Below, in pieces: positions 1 to 8,768 of a DNA stretch of 64,000 nt (its first letter is position 1; every line of letters starts with the position of its first letter). The notes under the pieces are model-generated. The model ran no database searches and was not told the DNA's origin. It saw nothing but the letters and a program-made list of their open reading frames with translations. The stretch is from NCBI GenBank assembly GCA_049199595.1, contig JBMCYV010000012.1:3660-67659 (forward strand), in the 5' to 3' direction. A program made the translations under genes and the position numbers. The stretch is from Candidatus Nitrosomirales archaeon (lineage in GTDB: Archaea; Thermoproteota; Nitrososphaeria; Nitrososphaerales; UBA213).

Positions 1-510
1 AAGAGGAAAGAAAGCAAACTGTCCTGCTTTGTATTCGGGATATCCCTCTTTTGTGAATCTAAACGTTGCAATGTCGGTGCCCTGGAGGTGCTGCTTCCCA
101 CCCAGGGTTAGTGAGTAGTAAAGGTCTTGGTGTTTCGTATTTACATTGCTTCTATCATCGTTCTTCTCTTGTGTGGTTTCCTGGGCTTGCGGATCTAGGC
201 TTATTGTGATATCACCGCTGGTTTCGTCAACATTTACCGGATAGGAGCGCAGGTCTGTCGCCCACACTGTCTGATCTGAGACTTTCGCATTTCGGACATC
301 GAAAATCGCATAGTGCCAGGGACATTTCAGTTCGTATCCATTTAAAGAGCCGTCCTCTAACGGCCCTCCTTCGTGCGAGCAGACCGCATCCATTGCATAG
401 ACCTTGCCTTTCACCATTGCCAGTACAACGGGCTTGCCATCTATCTCCACCCTCATCAAGCCTCCCTCTTTGAGATCCTTTTTATTGGCGACCTTTTGAG
501 AGCCTACCAT
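1..510 (-). CDS. Rieske [2Fe-2S] domain protein fused to an FNR-like FAD-binding domain (C-terminus runs off the window)
   Basis: Own minus-strand translation from the ATG (complement of 508-510): MVGSQKVANKKDLKEGGLMRVEIDGKPVVLAMVKGKVYAMDAVCSHEGGPLEDG..LKCPWHYAIFD. It has the Rieske CxH and CxxH motifs. It continues ..FRFTKEGYPEYKAGQFAFFPL, which looks like the start of a ferredoxin-reductase FAD-binding domain. It is absent from the ORF track because it is open at the window edge. Confidence 0.7.
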   Translation of the reverse strand, partial: MVGSQKVANKKDLKEGGLMRVEIDGKPVVLAMVKGKVYAMDAVCSHEGGPLEDGSLNGYELKCPWHYAIFDVRNAKVSDQTVWATDLRSYPVNVDETSGDITISLDPQAQETTQEKNDDRSNVNTKHQDLYYSLTLGGKQHLQGTDIATFRFTKEGYPEYKAGQFAFFPL

Positions 511-565
511 GAAGCACATCCTCGCATATGGTAGGTGTCCAACTTCAAATCAGTATTCATCATTC

Positions 566-1252
566 TCAGGCAACACTCCTGATGACGTGCCGGCAGTATT
601 CACTTCCAAGTGCCATGCATTCTTTTAGTTCGACTCTTACTCCTGCTTTGCCTTGGCCAAGTGACTTTGAAATTATCCTGTCGTGAAGGCCGTGACAAAT
701 CGTCTTTTGATTGCTTGATGCGACCTTGTGTAGGATGCAATTCTTGCTTTGAATGCAGTATGTGTTATCCTTTTCATCCTTCTCAAGAGAAGAGACAAAT
801 CCCATTTCATTTGATGCATCGTTGATGATTCTTAGGGAGCGTTCTAGGTTGCCACCACTGTTTTCCTGACTGATTCGTGCCCTTATTCCTGAGGCAACAT
901 CATCAGCCACAGATTCGACAATCTCCCTGGCCTCATCCTCTCCCTTTTTGCAGGCTATCTTGTTTAATACAAGATTCAAAAACAGGTCATACTTTCTTGG
1001 AAATAGCTCTCTGCCTCTTTCCGTTAATTCATAGACTTTCTTCGGTCTGCCCATCTTTTCAATCTGAAACCTTGACTTTATGGCACCCAGGGTCTTCAAG
1101 GATTCTAAATGCACTCTAGCCGCGCTTTTCTGAATCTGGAGTTTATCTGAAACTTCCCCGGCAGTCATTGCGCCATCATGTAGCAGAAATTCAAGGATCT
1201 TTTCCTTCGTGTCTCCAATGTTGTTCATGTCGGCCTGGATTGGCAGAGTCAT
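566..1252 (-). CDS. ArsR/COG2345-type winged-helix transcriptional regulator with a Cys/His-rich C-terminal putative sensor domain
   Basis: ORF track. N-terminal wHTH (KILEFLLHDGAMTAGEVSDKLQIQKSAARVHLESLKTLGAI..GRPKKVYELTERG). C-terminal Cys/His cluster (YCIQSKNCILH, ICHGLH, EYCRH). Confidence 0.7.
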   Translation of the reverse strand: MTLPIQADMNNIGDTKEKILEFLLHDGAMTAGEVSDKLQIQKSAARVHLESLKTLGAIKSRFQIEKMGRPKKVYELTERGRELFPRKYDLFLNLVLNKIACKKGEDEAREIVESVADDVASGIRARISQENSGGNLERSLRIINDASNEMGFVSSLEKDEKDNTYCIQSKNCILHKVASSNQKTICHGLHDRIISKSLGQGKAGVRVELKECMALGSEYCRHVIRSVA

Positions 1253-1344
1253 CTACCATACAAACACTTTGGATACTAATATGTGTTTTTATCCCCCAGT
1301 CAGACGGTGCTAAGAATACTTTAGATACTTTATAGTAGCTATAG

Positions 1345-1354
1345 TTTATAAATA
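1345..1354 (+). promoter_or_regulatory. TATA-like box (TTTATAAATA) upstream of 1375..2160
   Basis: An A/T-rich box centred about 25 nt upstream of the ATG at 1375. This fits archaeal TATA spacing for a leaderless or short-leader transcript. Confidence 0.3.
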
Positions 1355-1374
1355 GGTTTATTGTGCTAAAGACG

Positions 1375-2160
1375 ATGGACAAGAATACAAAACGGATCTT
1401 TGTGGTTGCGCTGGTAGCTGCAGTGCTCTCATCGGCATTTGCAATAAGCCAGATCGCTGCGACATCTGCCGTGCAGAAGGTCGAAGCCACACAAGATGCG
1501 GTAGAACAAGACGATGGGAAAACTAGAGCAGATTCAACCGACCACTTCGAATCGCATGTGCCGTCTTTTGCAGCGAGCAACAGCAATTTGAACCAGACAC
1601 AAATAACTGAGCTTCGAATAGGACTCCATGACCTTTGGGTAGAGCACATCGTTTGGACAAGGCAATACATAGTTGCGGCAGCAGACGACAGGCCCGATAC
1701 CTCTTTTGCTGCAGAAAGATTGCTGGCGAACCAAGAACAGATCGGCGACGCAATAAAACCATACTATGGCGAAGAAGCAGGTAACCAGTTAACTGATCTG
1801 CTAAAAGACCACATACTTATTGCAGTAGATTTGCTTGAAGCAGCAAAGGCAGGTGACGACGCTGCTGCACAGGAAGCTGAAGACAAGTGGTACGAGAATG
1901 CAGATGACATTGCAACATTCCTGAGCGAAGCAAATCCAAACTGGACAAGGGAAGAAATAGAAAGTATGCTCGATGAACACCTTTCCCTTACCAAAACTGA
2001 GGCAGTTGCAAGACTCACAGGCGACTATGCTACCGATGTGGCTACGTTTGACGCCCTGTACAAGCATGCAGTGTCAATGAGCGACGAGTTCACGATCGGA
2101 ATCGTCAAGCAGTTCGAAGATCAGTTCGAAGTAGACAGAAATGATGAAAGGGCGAGCTAA
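1375..2160 (+). CDS. secreted or membrane-anchored acidic helical protein, family not recognised
   Basis: The ORF track gives 1363..2160 (GTG). The ATG at 1375 gives MDKNTKRIFVVALVAAVLSSAFAISQIAA, a signal peptide or anchor. The rest is acidic and helical (HDLWVEHIVWTRQY, DHILIAVDLLEAAKAG). Confidence 0.6.
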   Translation: MDKNTKRIFVVALVAAVLSSAFAISQIAATSAVQKVEATQDAVEQDDGKTRADSTDHFESHVPSFAASNSNLNQTQITELRIGLHDLWVEHIVWTRQYIVAAADDRPDTSFAAERLLANQEQIGDAIKPYYGEEAGNQLTDLLKDHILIAVDLLEAAKAGDDAAAQEAEDKWYENADDIATFLSEANPNWTREEIESMLDEHLSLTKTEAVARLTGDYATDVATFDALYKHAVSMSDEFTIGIVKQFEDQFEVDRNDERAS

Positions 2161-2183
2161 GACATCCTTCAGATCTCCCACAC

Positions 2184-2197
2184 TTTCTTTTTTTATA
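2184..2197 (+). terminator. oligo-T tract downstream of 1375..2160
   Basis: The run CTTTCTTTTTTTAT lies about 25 nt after the stop codon. Archaeal terminators are typically oligo-T. Confidence 0.3.
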
Positions 2198-2451
2198 ATT
2201 ACATTGATAATTTGAAAGAACATGACATCGGAATGCCTTGGTATAATTATGCATCTTGCCCCAAAGGTACCAGAAGTCGTAATGGAAATTTCTTCAAGTT
2301 TGACTACTTGGCATTACCGGGCAACGCGTCTCACCATTAGAACCCGCGAGGCGAACGGATTCAATCCCGACGGGCCACAACCCAAAAATTGAGTCAATTT
2401 TGGTTCACAAACCCTTGTTCGTGCCATCCATATTTATTAAAGAATCAAAAA

Positions 2452-2826
2452 TTAGGCTTCAATTATCTTTAGTAGCCTGTACATTGACACTGGTTTTTCA
2501 ATAACATCTGCAATCTTGATCGAAGGAAAGACCTTTTCAAATTCAGATTTGTACATTTCAAATGCAGTCATTATGAAAATTCGGAGCTCAGGATTTATGT
2601 CACCGAGTTTTCTTACAAGCTCAAAGCCATTCATTCCCGGCATTCTAATGTCAGATATCACTGTGTCATACTCGTCGGAATGCTGTTGAAAATGCTCAAG
2701 TGCCAAAACAGGGTCTGTAAAACCCCTTACCGATTTCCCCGATTTTCGCAAAAATGCTTCGATAATAGTGACGATATCAGGCTCGTCATCCACCACCAAG
2801 ATTGATTTTTTTGCTTTTAATACCAT
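2452..2826 (-). CDS. stand-alone CheY-like response-regulator receiver domain protein
   Basis: SILVVDDEPDIV..YDTVISDIRMPGMNGFELVRKL..RIFIMTAFE..IEKPV shows all the canonical receiver motifs (DD, phospho-acceptor D, T, K). Confidence 0.9.
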   Translation of the reverse strand: MVLKAKKSILVVDDEPDIVTIIEAFLRKSGKSVRGFTDPVLALEHFQQHSDEYDTVISDIRMPGMNGFELVRKLGDINPELRIFIMTAFEMYKSEFEKVFPSIKIADVIEKPVSMYRLLKIIEA

Positions 2827-2832
2827 TGCATA

Positions 2833-3414
2833 TCACTTGCTCATCGCGGTAACGGTAAGGCTATGTAGTCTGGAAAGTTGTCGTCGATGTTGCACAACGG
2901 ACATCTGTTCACCTATGTTGCTTGGATGTGGACAGACAATAGTAATTCTAATATTTTTCTCCGTCCATTCAGAGTGTGTATTTTGCCACCACCTCTCAAC
3001 AAGCAGACATTCGTCAGATTTTTCATTTCTAGAAAGCAAGTCAGCACAGTCAGCTATGACAAAGGCTTCAGCCATCTTACCTAGAGTGATACGTTCTTTG
3101 ATTATTTCTTCGAGAATAGCTTTTAGATCATCGAAAGGCTCCAAATCACCGGTCAACGCACGCTCATAAAATGAATATAGCTTTACAAGCAGCAAATCGC
3201 CCCGTTCGATATTTCCTTGGTAGTCTGCAATGTTTGGAGCGATTTTGTCCATATGTAACGGATCCTTCGCATCTACCGAAGCATAGACGGTCAATTGCCC
3301 TTGTTTTAGGGCTTGATTGATGTAATTTATCACAGCTTCGTTGAGGTCTTCATCAGCACTGTACAATAGCATAACATGCCGGGCAGGAGCTACTTTGTCA
3401 ATCTGTCTCGTCAC
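2833..3414 (-). CDS. MEDS-domain (DcmR-like sensory) protein
   Basis: HVMLLYSADEDLNEAVINYINQALKQGQLTVYA matches the N-terminal signature of MEDS domains. Only a 6-nt gap separates it from the downstream receiver gene, so the two are a likely operon. Confidence 0.55.
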   Translation of the reverse strand: MTRQIDKVAPARHVMLLYSADEDLNEAVINYINQALKQGQLTVYASVDAKDPLHMDKIAPNIADYQGNIERGDLLLVKLYSFYERALTGDLEPFDDLKAILEEIIKERITLGKMAEAFVIADCADLLSRNEKSDECLLVERWWQNTHSEWTEKNIRITIVCPHPSNIGEQMSVVQHRRQLSRLHSLTVTAMSK

Positions 3415-3959
3415 TGCAAGGTCTACTAGCTAATACCTAATAAAATCTTGCTTATTTGCATTGAAAGATATAGTACCTTTTATTCATATTATCATTCCAA
3501 ATAAAATACTAAGGCTGACAAAAAGGACATGTCAAGAAATCAGGTCCGTGACTGCAAAATGGTGGCATAGCATCTGAAAGCTTGGCTTTGATTTTAGAAT
3601 GAGTGCGGCACCAATCTTTGGAGATTGGTTCTCTGATAAAAAAGAGCTTTTTCCAACGGATTAGCTGGAGTCGAGCTTCAATTCAAAACGAGTCAGGGAG
3701 CAAGGTCATAGCAGTGTTTTTTGCCCCGGCACACAGACTCGCTTGCTTGAGCCTGACCCCGAGTTCAGTTTTTCTGACCTACGAGATTTTCATGGTGCTG
3801 TATTGCACTTAAGGATTGAGGGGAGATGTATGAACTTTAGAATGAATAACGCGCTATTGGTATTATTTTTCCGGCTAGGCACAGCAATCGCTTGTTTCTG
3901 TTACAAGCCTAGCTAGATTGTTAAACACTACTTAAATAATCTAATGGCTGAAGTCAACT

Positions 3960-4475
3960 ATGTCTACAACCAAACGAGAAGATAAGGTTCAGGAAAGAGC
4001 CATTGACAAAAGCATTGACGAAACAAAGGATAGTGCCAAGAAGGTACTGCAAGAAGTCAGACGGGAATTGCCGGAAGTCACATCAACCTTTCACGATTAT
4101 CAAGAACAAAACATCAGCGCCATACGAGAAATGACCGATACTTTTCTTGAATCTCAAAAGGAGGTTGCTAAATCAATGCAATATGCCATGAGACCATACG
4201 CTGCAAACCCCTACCTGTGGATGTTCTGGCCATGGATGCATCCCCAAATCGTCACTGAAAACTATGTCAGAGCAGTGACCAACTTTACTGACAGCTCTGT
4301 TGCAGCGGCCAGGACATCAAGCGACATGGTGCAGATTGCGATGGAATCAGCACGTTCTTCAATCAACACGGCGCGGGAAAATACAAAGGCTCTTTCACAG
4401 TATTTCGTCGATAGCACTCGAAGTTTTGAAGAAGCCTCAAGTGGCGCTGTCGCTTCTGAGAAATCCCGGAGATAA
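3960..4475 (+). CDS. hypothetical coiled-coil protein (phasin-like composition)
   Basis: ORF track. Lys/Glu-rich helical N-terminus. TATA-like CTTAAATAAT at 3931-3940. No family recognised. Confidence 0.5.
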   Translation: MSTTKREDKVQERAIDKSIDETKDSAKKVLQEVRRELPEVTSTFHDYQEQNISAIREMTDTFLESQKEVAKSMQYAMRPYAANPYLWMFWPWMHPQIVTENYVRAVTNFTDSSVAAARTSSDMVQIAMESARSSINTARENTKALSQYFVDSTRSFEEASSGAVASEKSRR

Positions 4476-4526
4476 AAGGAAATAACGTGCTGCCTTTCAC
4501 TTAATGGAAGGTAGCCTCCGGCATTT

Positions 4527-5076
4527 TTATCCCATCACGTCTCGCGGAACTATGCCAACTTCCTGCAATGACAAATCTATCAGTTTCCACGCCTTCGGAA
4601 TTATTTTCCTTTCCTTTCTTTTACGAATGTAAATTACCTCTAACTATAGCATACAAACGCTAGAAGTTTACACCAGATCCCTATTATAATTCGGTGAATA
4701 CCGCGGTAATGTGAGTCAACGTAGCCAGATCGAACGATTGGACAAGCTCTATCTTTGTACAGAATGCAGGGAGGCATTTCTATTCAGATCTGATATGGAA
4801 GATCACGAGTTGATGTTGGAACACAGCGACTTTACAGTCTTGTCGTTTGAATAATTGACAGGACCTACTTACCGGCGCTTGTGGCAGTGCTTACCGGCTA
4901 TCGTGCTTAATTCAGCACTCGTTCTTTAGGTCGGTATCTGTACCTGCTTTTTGACTGCGTAACATACCTGCTTCTGTACAAAGGGTTTTCGCAGCAAACT
5001 CAGCGGCTTCAATTCAGGTGAATCAGTCTCGATTTCCTTAATGGATATTTCATAGGCAGTCATTATCATAATTTTG
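4527..5076. repeat. dispersed segmental duplication A, copy 1 (pairs with 13246..13771)
   Basis: Alignable by eye over about 530-550 nt to 13246..13771 at roughly 85-90% identity. It contains a conserved promoter-like box, a 47-codon C2H2 ORF and the 3' part of a receiver fragment. Copy 1 carries a ~24-nt local duplication near 4950-4975. Confidence 0.85.
4711..4854 (+). CDS. small (47 aa) C2H2-type zinc-finger protein
   Basis: Own translation from GTG: VSQRSQIERLDKLYLCTECREAFLFRSDMEDHELMLEHSDFTVLSFE, i.e. C-x2-C-x12-H-x5-H. TATA-like CTATTATAAT lies 30 nt upstream. The paralog at 13432..13575 differs by 4 synonymous and 3 conservative changes. Confidence 0.6.
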   Translation: MSQRSQIERLDKLYLCTECREAFLFRSDMEDHELMLEHSDFTVLSFE

Positions 5077-5135
5077 ACATCTATTCTGACTTTTCGTAGC
5101 ATGACAGCAAGTGCTATCCCGTTAATCTCTGGCAT
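4926..5135 (-). pseudogene. truncated response-regulator receiver fragment
   Basis: It encodes only the C-terminal half of a receiver (MPEINGIALAVMLRKV..VKIMIMTAYE..LRKPF). Reading upstream gives ..KLTDLRMP and then a stop 15 codons before the Met. The N-terminal half survives only as out-of-frame remnants (..AIVAFDEVT*). Confidence 0.6.
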
Positions 5136-5475
5136 TCGGAGATCCGTAAGTTTCCTTTTTACGAGAGAGCGACTTCAAGTCACCTCGTCAAATGCAACAA
5201 TAGCCTGAACCTGTCGCAAAATAACAATCGCCCCGATATCGGCCGGAGGCGCAACGGCGAGTGGTCATCACCCTAATTCACCAGTCTATGACCCGAAATC
5301 AACAAGTATTCAGTTTCACCCGAATTTTCAGCAGTGTATCCGGGTGAATTCAAAGTGAGGTAGGAAGATTCCAGACGATAACTTGACATCGCGGGTTCCA
5401 GAATTGTTGTTATAGAAGTACTATGCAATTAATCCATACACACATTTAAGTGGCTTTGCCACAGTATTTTCTGCA

Positions 5476-5703
5476 ATGAAGTCCTCCCAAAATATTATAG
5501 ATCGCATCTCCGATATCAGAGGAGAACGCGATGTCGAGAAACGGCTTAGGAAGCTTCAGAGGCTGAACGAATCATTGCCTGAAGGCATCAAGCTCGAGAT
5601 GCCATCCCTGATCACGAACGCATATGTTCGAAGAGCGTTGGATATTATCGAAGATAGAATCGCCTTAATGTCCTCGAGGGGCACTACTCGCAGTCAAGCT
5701 TAA
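5476..5703 (+). CDS. hypothetical small protein
   Basis: ORF track only (75 aa, basic and helical). No recognisable motif. Confidence 0.3.
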   Translation: MKSSQNIIDRISDIRGERDVEKRLRKLQRLNESLPEGIKLEMPSLITNAYVRRALDIIEDRIALMSSRGTTRSQA

Positions 5704-5776
5704 TTTTCAACTATTTCATACTTGCATTATGCCGATGTAGGCAAAAGCTACAAAGGCAGAGGAAACAAGACGCGAT

Positions 5777-5971
5777 TTGGAATATCTGCAACTGCAGGTT
5801 GCTGATTTATCCCAAAATGTCTCCGCACTTGAAAACAGAGTCGCTGACTTAGAGCTAGCCATCTCCGGGGATAAGACGTGCACTAATGGATTAGACAACA
5901 ATGCTAACCAGTTGATCGATAGTGCAGATCCGAGCTGCGGCCAAGATAGTACCACTGGAATAGAGGACTAA
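5777..5971 (+). CDS. hypothetical small coiled-coil protein
   Basis: ORF track (TTG start). Heptad-like LQLQVADLSQNVSALENRVADLELAI. Weak support. Confidence 0.25.
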   Translation: MEYLQLQVADLSQNVSALENRVADLELAISGDKTCTNGLDNNANQLIDSADPSCGQDSTTGIED

Positions 5972-5979
5972 TCCGGTGG

Positions 5980-6294
5980 CTAGATGCCCAAGTGAGCTAG
6001 TGCGTGTGGCCGGTTGTTACCCTGCCTTCTCCTCCAAAATAGAAATCCACCTAATGCCGCAAACGACGAACCATTCAATGCAATAATTCCAATTGGGCTC
6101 TCAGTGGCAGTCGCCATATGTTCCTCGTTGACAAAATTCACATCGGCTTTAGTGGTTAGCTCCATATCAAAGTCAATGATGACAAATTGTGCAATAGCTG
6201 ATTGGCTATTCGCGAATGGAGCAGCAGCCAATCCACCCAAAAGGAATCCCAACAGTCCTAAATGGATATGTGAGATGTGATGAAGCTTCATCAA
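5980..6294 (-). CDS. small secreted protein with ESPIG-type C-terminal sorting signal
   Basis: Signal peptide MMKLHHISHIHLGLLGFLLGGLAAAPFANS. C-terminal TESPIGIIALNGSSFAALGGFLFWRRRQGNN gives motif + hydrophobic helix + Arg cluster. Confidence 0.6.
   Translation of the reverse strand: MMKLHHISHIHLGLLGFLLGGLAAAPFANSQSAIAQFVIIDFDMELTTKADVNFVNEEHMATATESPIGIIALNGSSFAALGGFLFWRRRQGNNRPHALAHLGI
5983..6105 (-). other. C-terminal sorting signal, ESPIG class
   Basis: TESPIG + ~18 hydrophobic residues + RRRQ, at the extreme C-terminus of 5980..6294. Confidence 0.55.
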
Positions 6295-6782
6295 CGTTTA
6301 GGTAGTAACCCAATTAATATCTAGCTATAGAAAATAAGAGTTGATTTTACAGAAAATGTAATACGGTTGTTTTTCCTTCATTTCCTAGTAGAATCATCCA
6401 TTTGTTAGCAACTTCATCAAGGGTCGAAAGCAGCCGCCATTGTTCAAGCAAAGTTAGTAGATCCTGTTCTACCATAATAAGCGATCATGTTACCTTTGCA
6501 AATTTGCACAGTAAGAATAGCTATCCGGGCCGCCATTCCATACAATGCACACGCTGCCAACATCGAACAAGAAATCGTTGCATGATGTTTACATAATTTT
6601 GTATAAGACTTCCTAGCAGGCCTTTTCTTTTTTCTTTAGTCTCAGTTTGGAGTTTCATTCCTAGCTATCCGAGCTCTAACCATCGTAAGGATTCACAATT
6701 TGGTGCCGATTAGGTCTCAATTTTAGTCCCTCAGTTGTCCCGTATCCACGATAGTGGTTTTTGGGAGCCGAGAAAGTGATGC

Positions 6783-8174
6783 TCAACTTGAACAACGGTT
6801 GAGCACGAGTCCCTTTATGGAGTTGCCCGTAACTTTGTCGTTCTCGTCATGCAGTGGAACCGAGACCTGTCCAGACGATAACTCATCACCGCATGCCGGC
6901 GGCTTGTTATCTATGAGGCCCTGCACAGTTATCGGGCTGTTGTTGTGCAAGAGAGTTCCATCGACCTCTACAACCACGAACAGTTCTACCAACATCCTCG
7001 CAGAACCTGGAGTAGTAAATGGTGGGAGATCCAATTCGCCAGCATTGAAGTTTGCCTGTTCTTCTATGAACCCTTGTGAGTTCATACCCTGTGCTAGGCT
7101 CACTACCACAGGGCCATTGGTGTTAGTGCCGGCAAGAGCCAGCTGGACAATCTCTATTTCGACCTCGTCGAGTCCATCACCGTCATCATCATCGGCGACC
7201 CCTTCGTGTCCCTCAAAGAACACGTTCATTGTCAGTGTTCCGGAAAGTGAAACGTCCTCCGAAGATTGATCCGAGAAAACTAATCCTATCTCAGCAGTGC
7301 GAGTGAGGACATCAGTTTCGACACAATTGTTGAGCACCAGTCTATTGATGGAATTGCCTGTTTCATCACCGGCGGCGTCCCGCAGCGGAACCGATGTGGG
7401 TCCTGAATCGAGCTCGTCGCCGCATTCCGGAGGCTTGTGGCCAATTATGCCCTGAACATTAATCGCGTTCGTGTTGTGCAGCGGTACTCCATCAATTTCC
7501 ACAATCGCAAACATTTCCACGGCCATCCTCGCGGGCCCTGGGGAAAAGGGTGCAACGTTTAATGTGCCGATGTCAACATTGATATTTTCTTCGATGAATC
7601 CCACCGACCCACTGCTTGGAAACAAGCTCACCTCCACTGAGCCTTGTGCGCTGGCGCCGGTTAGTGCCAACTGAACAATCTCTATCGGAACTTCATCGAG
7701 TCCATCACCGTCGTCATCATCCGCATCTCCTTCATTGCCTTCAAAGAAAACTTCCATGGTCAACGGGCCTGAGAGAGTTACAACTTCGGTAGAACCATCT
7801 TGGAAGCTTAGGTGTATTTGAGCATCGATTTGCAGCTCATCTCTCTCGACAGCATTAGTCGGTGGCGCTAGCCTGTCGAGTGTTTCCTCAATTTCACCAA
7901 GCCTGTCCTCGATGTCCCTAACTTCCCTCTTGATTTCCTGAAGCCCAAATCCGGGGTCGGCGAGCAAGTCGGTATTTGCCTTTACGTCATCCACCTTTTC
8001 ATCAATGCTGTCAACTTTGGTTTCTATGTTTTCCGCAAAATTGTATATGTGCTGGAGCAAGTGAGTTACGTTAGTAGTTACGTGGGCATACGCCTGCGGC
8101 ACTAGAAATCCTGTCGCAAGGATCGCCATGAGTCCTATTGACAGGTATTTCCACTTATTTTCAGAGATTTTCAT
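6783..8174 (-). CDS. secreted protein with coiled-coil stalk and two tandem ~170-aa Asp-rich domains
   Basis: Signal peptide MKISENKWKYLSIGLMAILATGFLVPQAYA, then a coiled-coil stretch (aa 40-110), then a duplicated domain. Confidence 0.8.
   Translation of the reverse strand: MKISENKWKYLSIGLMAILATGFLVPQAYAHVTTNVTHLLQHIYNFAENIETKVDSIDEKVDDVKANTDLLADPGFGLQEIKREVRDIEDRLGEIEETLDRLAPPTNAVERDELQIDAQIHLSFQDGSTEVVTLSGPLTMEVFFEGNEGDADDDDGDGLDEVPIEIVQLALTGASAQGSVEVSLFPSSGSVGFIEENINVDIGTLNVAPFSPGPARMAVEMFAIVEIDGVPLHNTNAINVQGIIGHKPPECGDELDSGPTSVPLRDAAGDETGNSINRLVLNNCVETDVLTRTAEIGLVFSDQSSEDVSLSGTLTMNVFFEGHEGVADDDDGDGLDEVEIEIVQLALAGTNTNGPVVVSLAQGMNSQGFIEEQANFNAGELDLPPFTTPGSARMLVELFVVVEVDGTLLHNNSPITVQGLIDNKPPACGDELSSGQVSVPLHDENDKVTGNSIKGLVLNRCSS
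6792..7838 (-). repeat. intragenic tandem duplication (2 x ~170 aa) in 6783..8174
   Basis: Copies lie at 7323..7838 and 6792..7298. Both contain TLSG.LTM.VFFEG.EG.ADDDDGDGLDEV.IEIVQLAL.G, ..GFIEE.., PP.CGDEL.SG..SVPL and a closing ..LN.C. Confidence 0.8.
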
Positions 8175-8329
8175 GAATTATTCGCAATGGACGAGTATTA
8201 AAGATGCTATGGAAAAAAGTAGTTCATGTTCTATGTTGGCACAACCCATTATTTGGTGCTAATGAGCTAGTGGAAGCTCTTGAAAATTCGATAATACTTT
8301 AACTCAGAGTTTATGGTGCGGCGGATTCG

Positions 8330-8588
8330 ATGACTTTTACAAGTGATACGACAATCACATCAGACCAAACGCTTGGTCCCGGCGACGTATGGACAAATCC
8401 AGTTGCAATACTTACGATCGCATCGGGTATTACCATCAACAACAACGGAGGGACGATTAACAATGTCAATACCATCGTCAACTACGGTACAATTTGACAA
8501 CGCCGGTCTCATCCTAAACTGCGACGGTTGTCCTATCTACAATTTTGGCACAATCAACAACTACGGCACCATCTGCCTCTTCTCCTAG
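8330..8588 (+). pseudogene. small G-T-I-N-N repeat protein split by an apparent frameshift
   Basis: The frame from ATG 8330 gives MTFTSDTTITSDQTLGPGDVW..GITINNNGGTINNVNTIVNYGTI and stops at 8495-8497. The same repeat continues in the next frame (ORF track 8343..8588: ..FDNAGLILNCDGCPIYNFGTINNYGTICLFS). Confidence 0.4.
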
Positions 8589-8768
8589 AGTACCAAATCC
8601 CATTCCACTGACGGCCGGACATGTCGCCAAAGCAAGTTTTCTGTTCCCAAAAAAGGGGTTATTTCAGGTGCTGTTGAATGAGAAGCTACAGTCCACCTCT
8701 ATATGCGGCTCCTGTGTCATTTTGGATACAAAAGCTTGCTTAAGTTTACGGCCGATTTTCCTTAAGGG

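Noticed and set aside
1191-1670. 159-aa minus-strand ORF spanning the divergent promoter region and the 5' end of 1375..2160.
   Set aside because: It overlaps two better-supported genes and the intergenic TATA region. It is Cys/Ser-rich with no motif.
2311-2380. tRNA-like 3' segment (..GGATTCAATCCCGACGGGCCACA) in the intergenic region, a possible tRNA gene or att-site remnant.
   Set aside because: The putative T-arm pairs over only 2-3 bp. The loop would be 8 nt. No complementary 5' acceptor strand or anticodon arm could be found on either strand.
3610-3629. Perfect 8-bp hairpin ACCAATCT-TTGG-AGATTGGT in the 545-nt divergent intergenic region, plus an imperfect GCTAGGC..GCCTAGC pair at about 3872-3915.
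   Set aside because: These are single occurrences with no second copy and no link to a known operator. That is insufficient to call a regulatory site.
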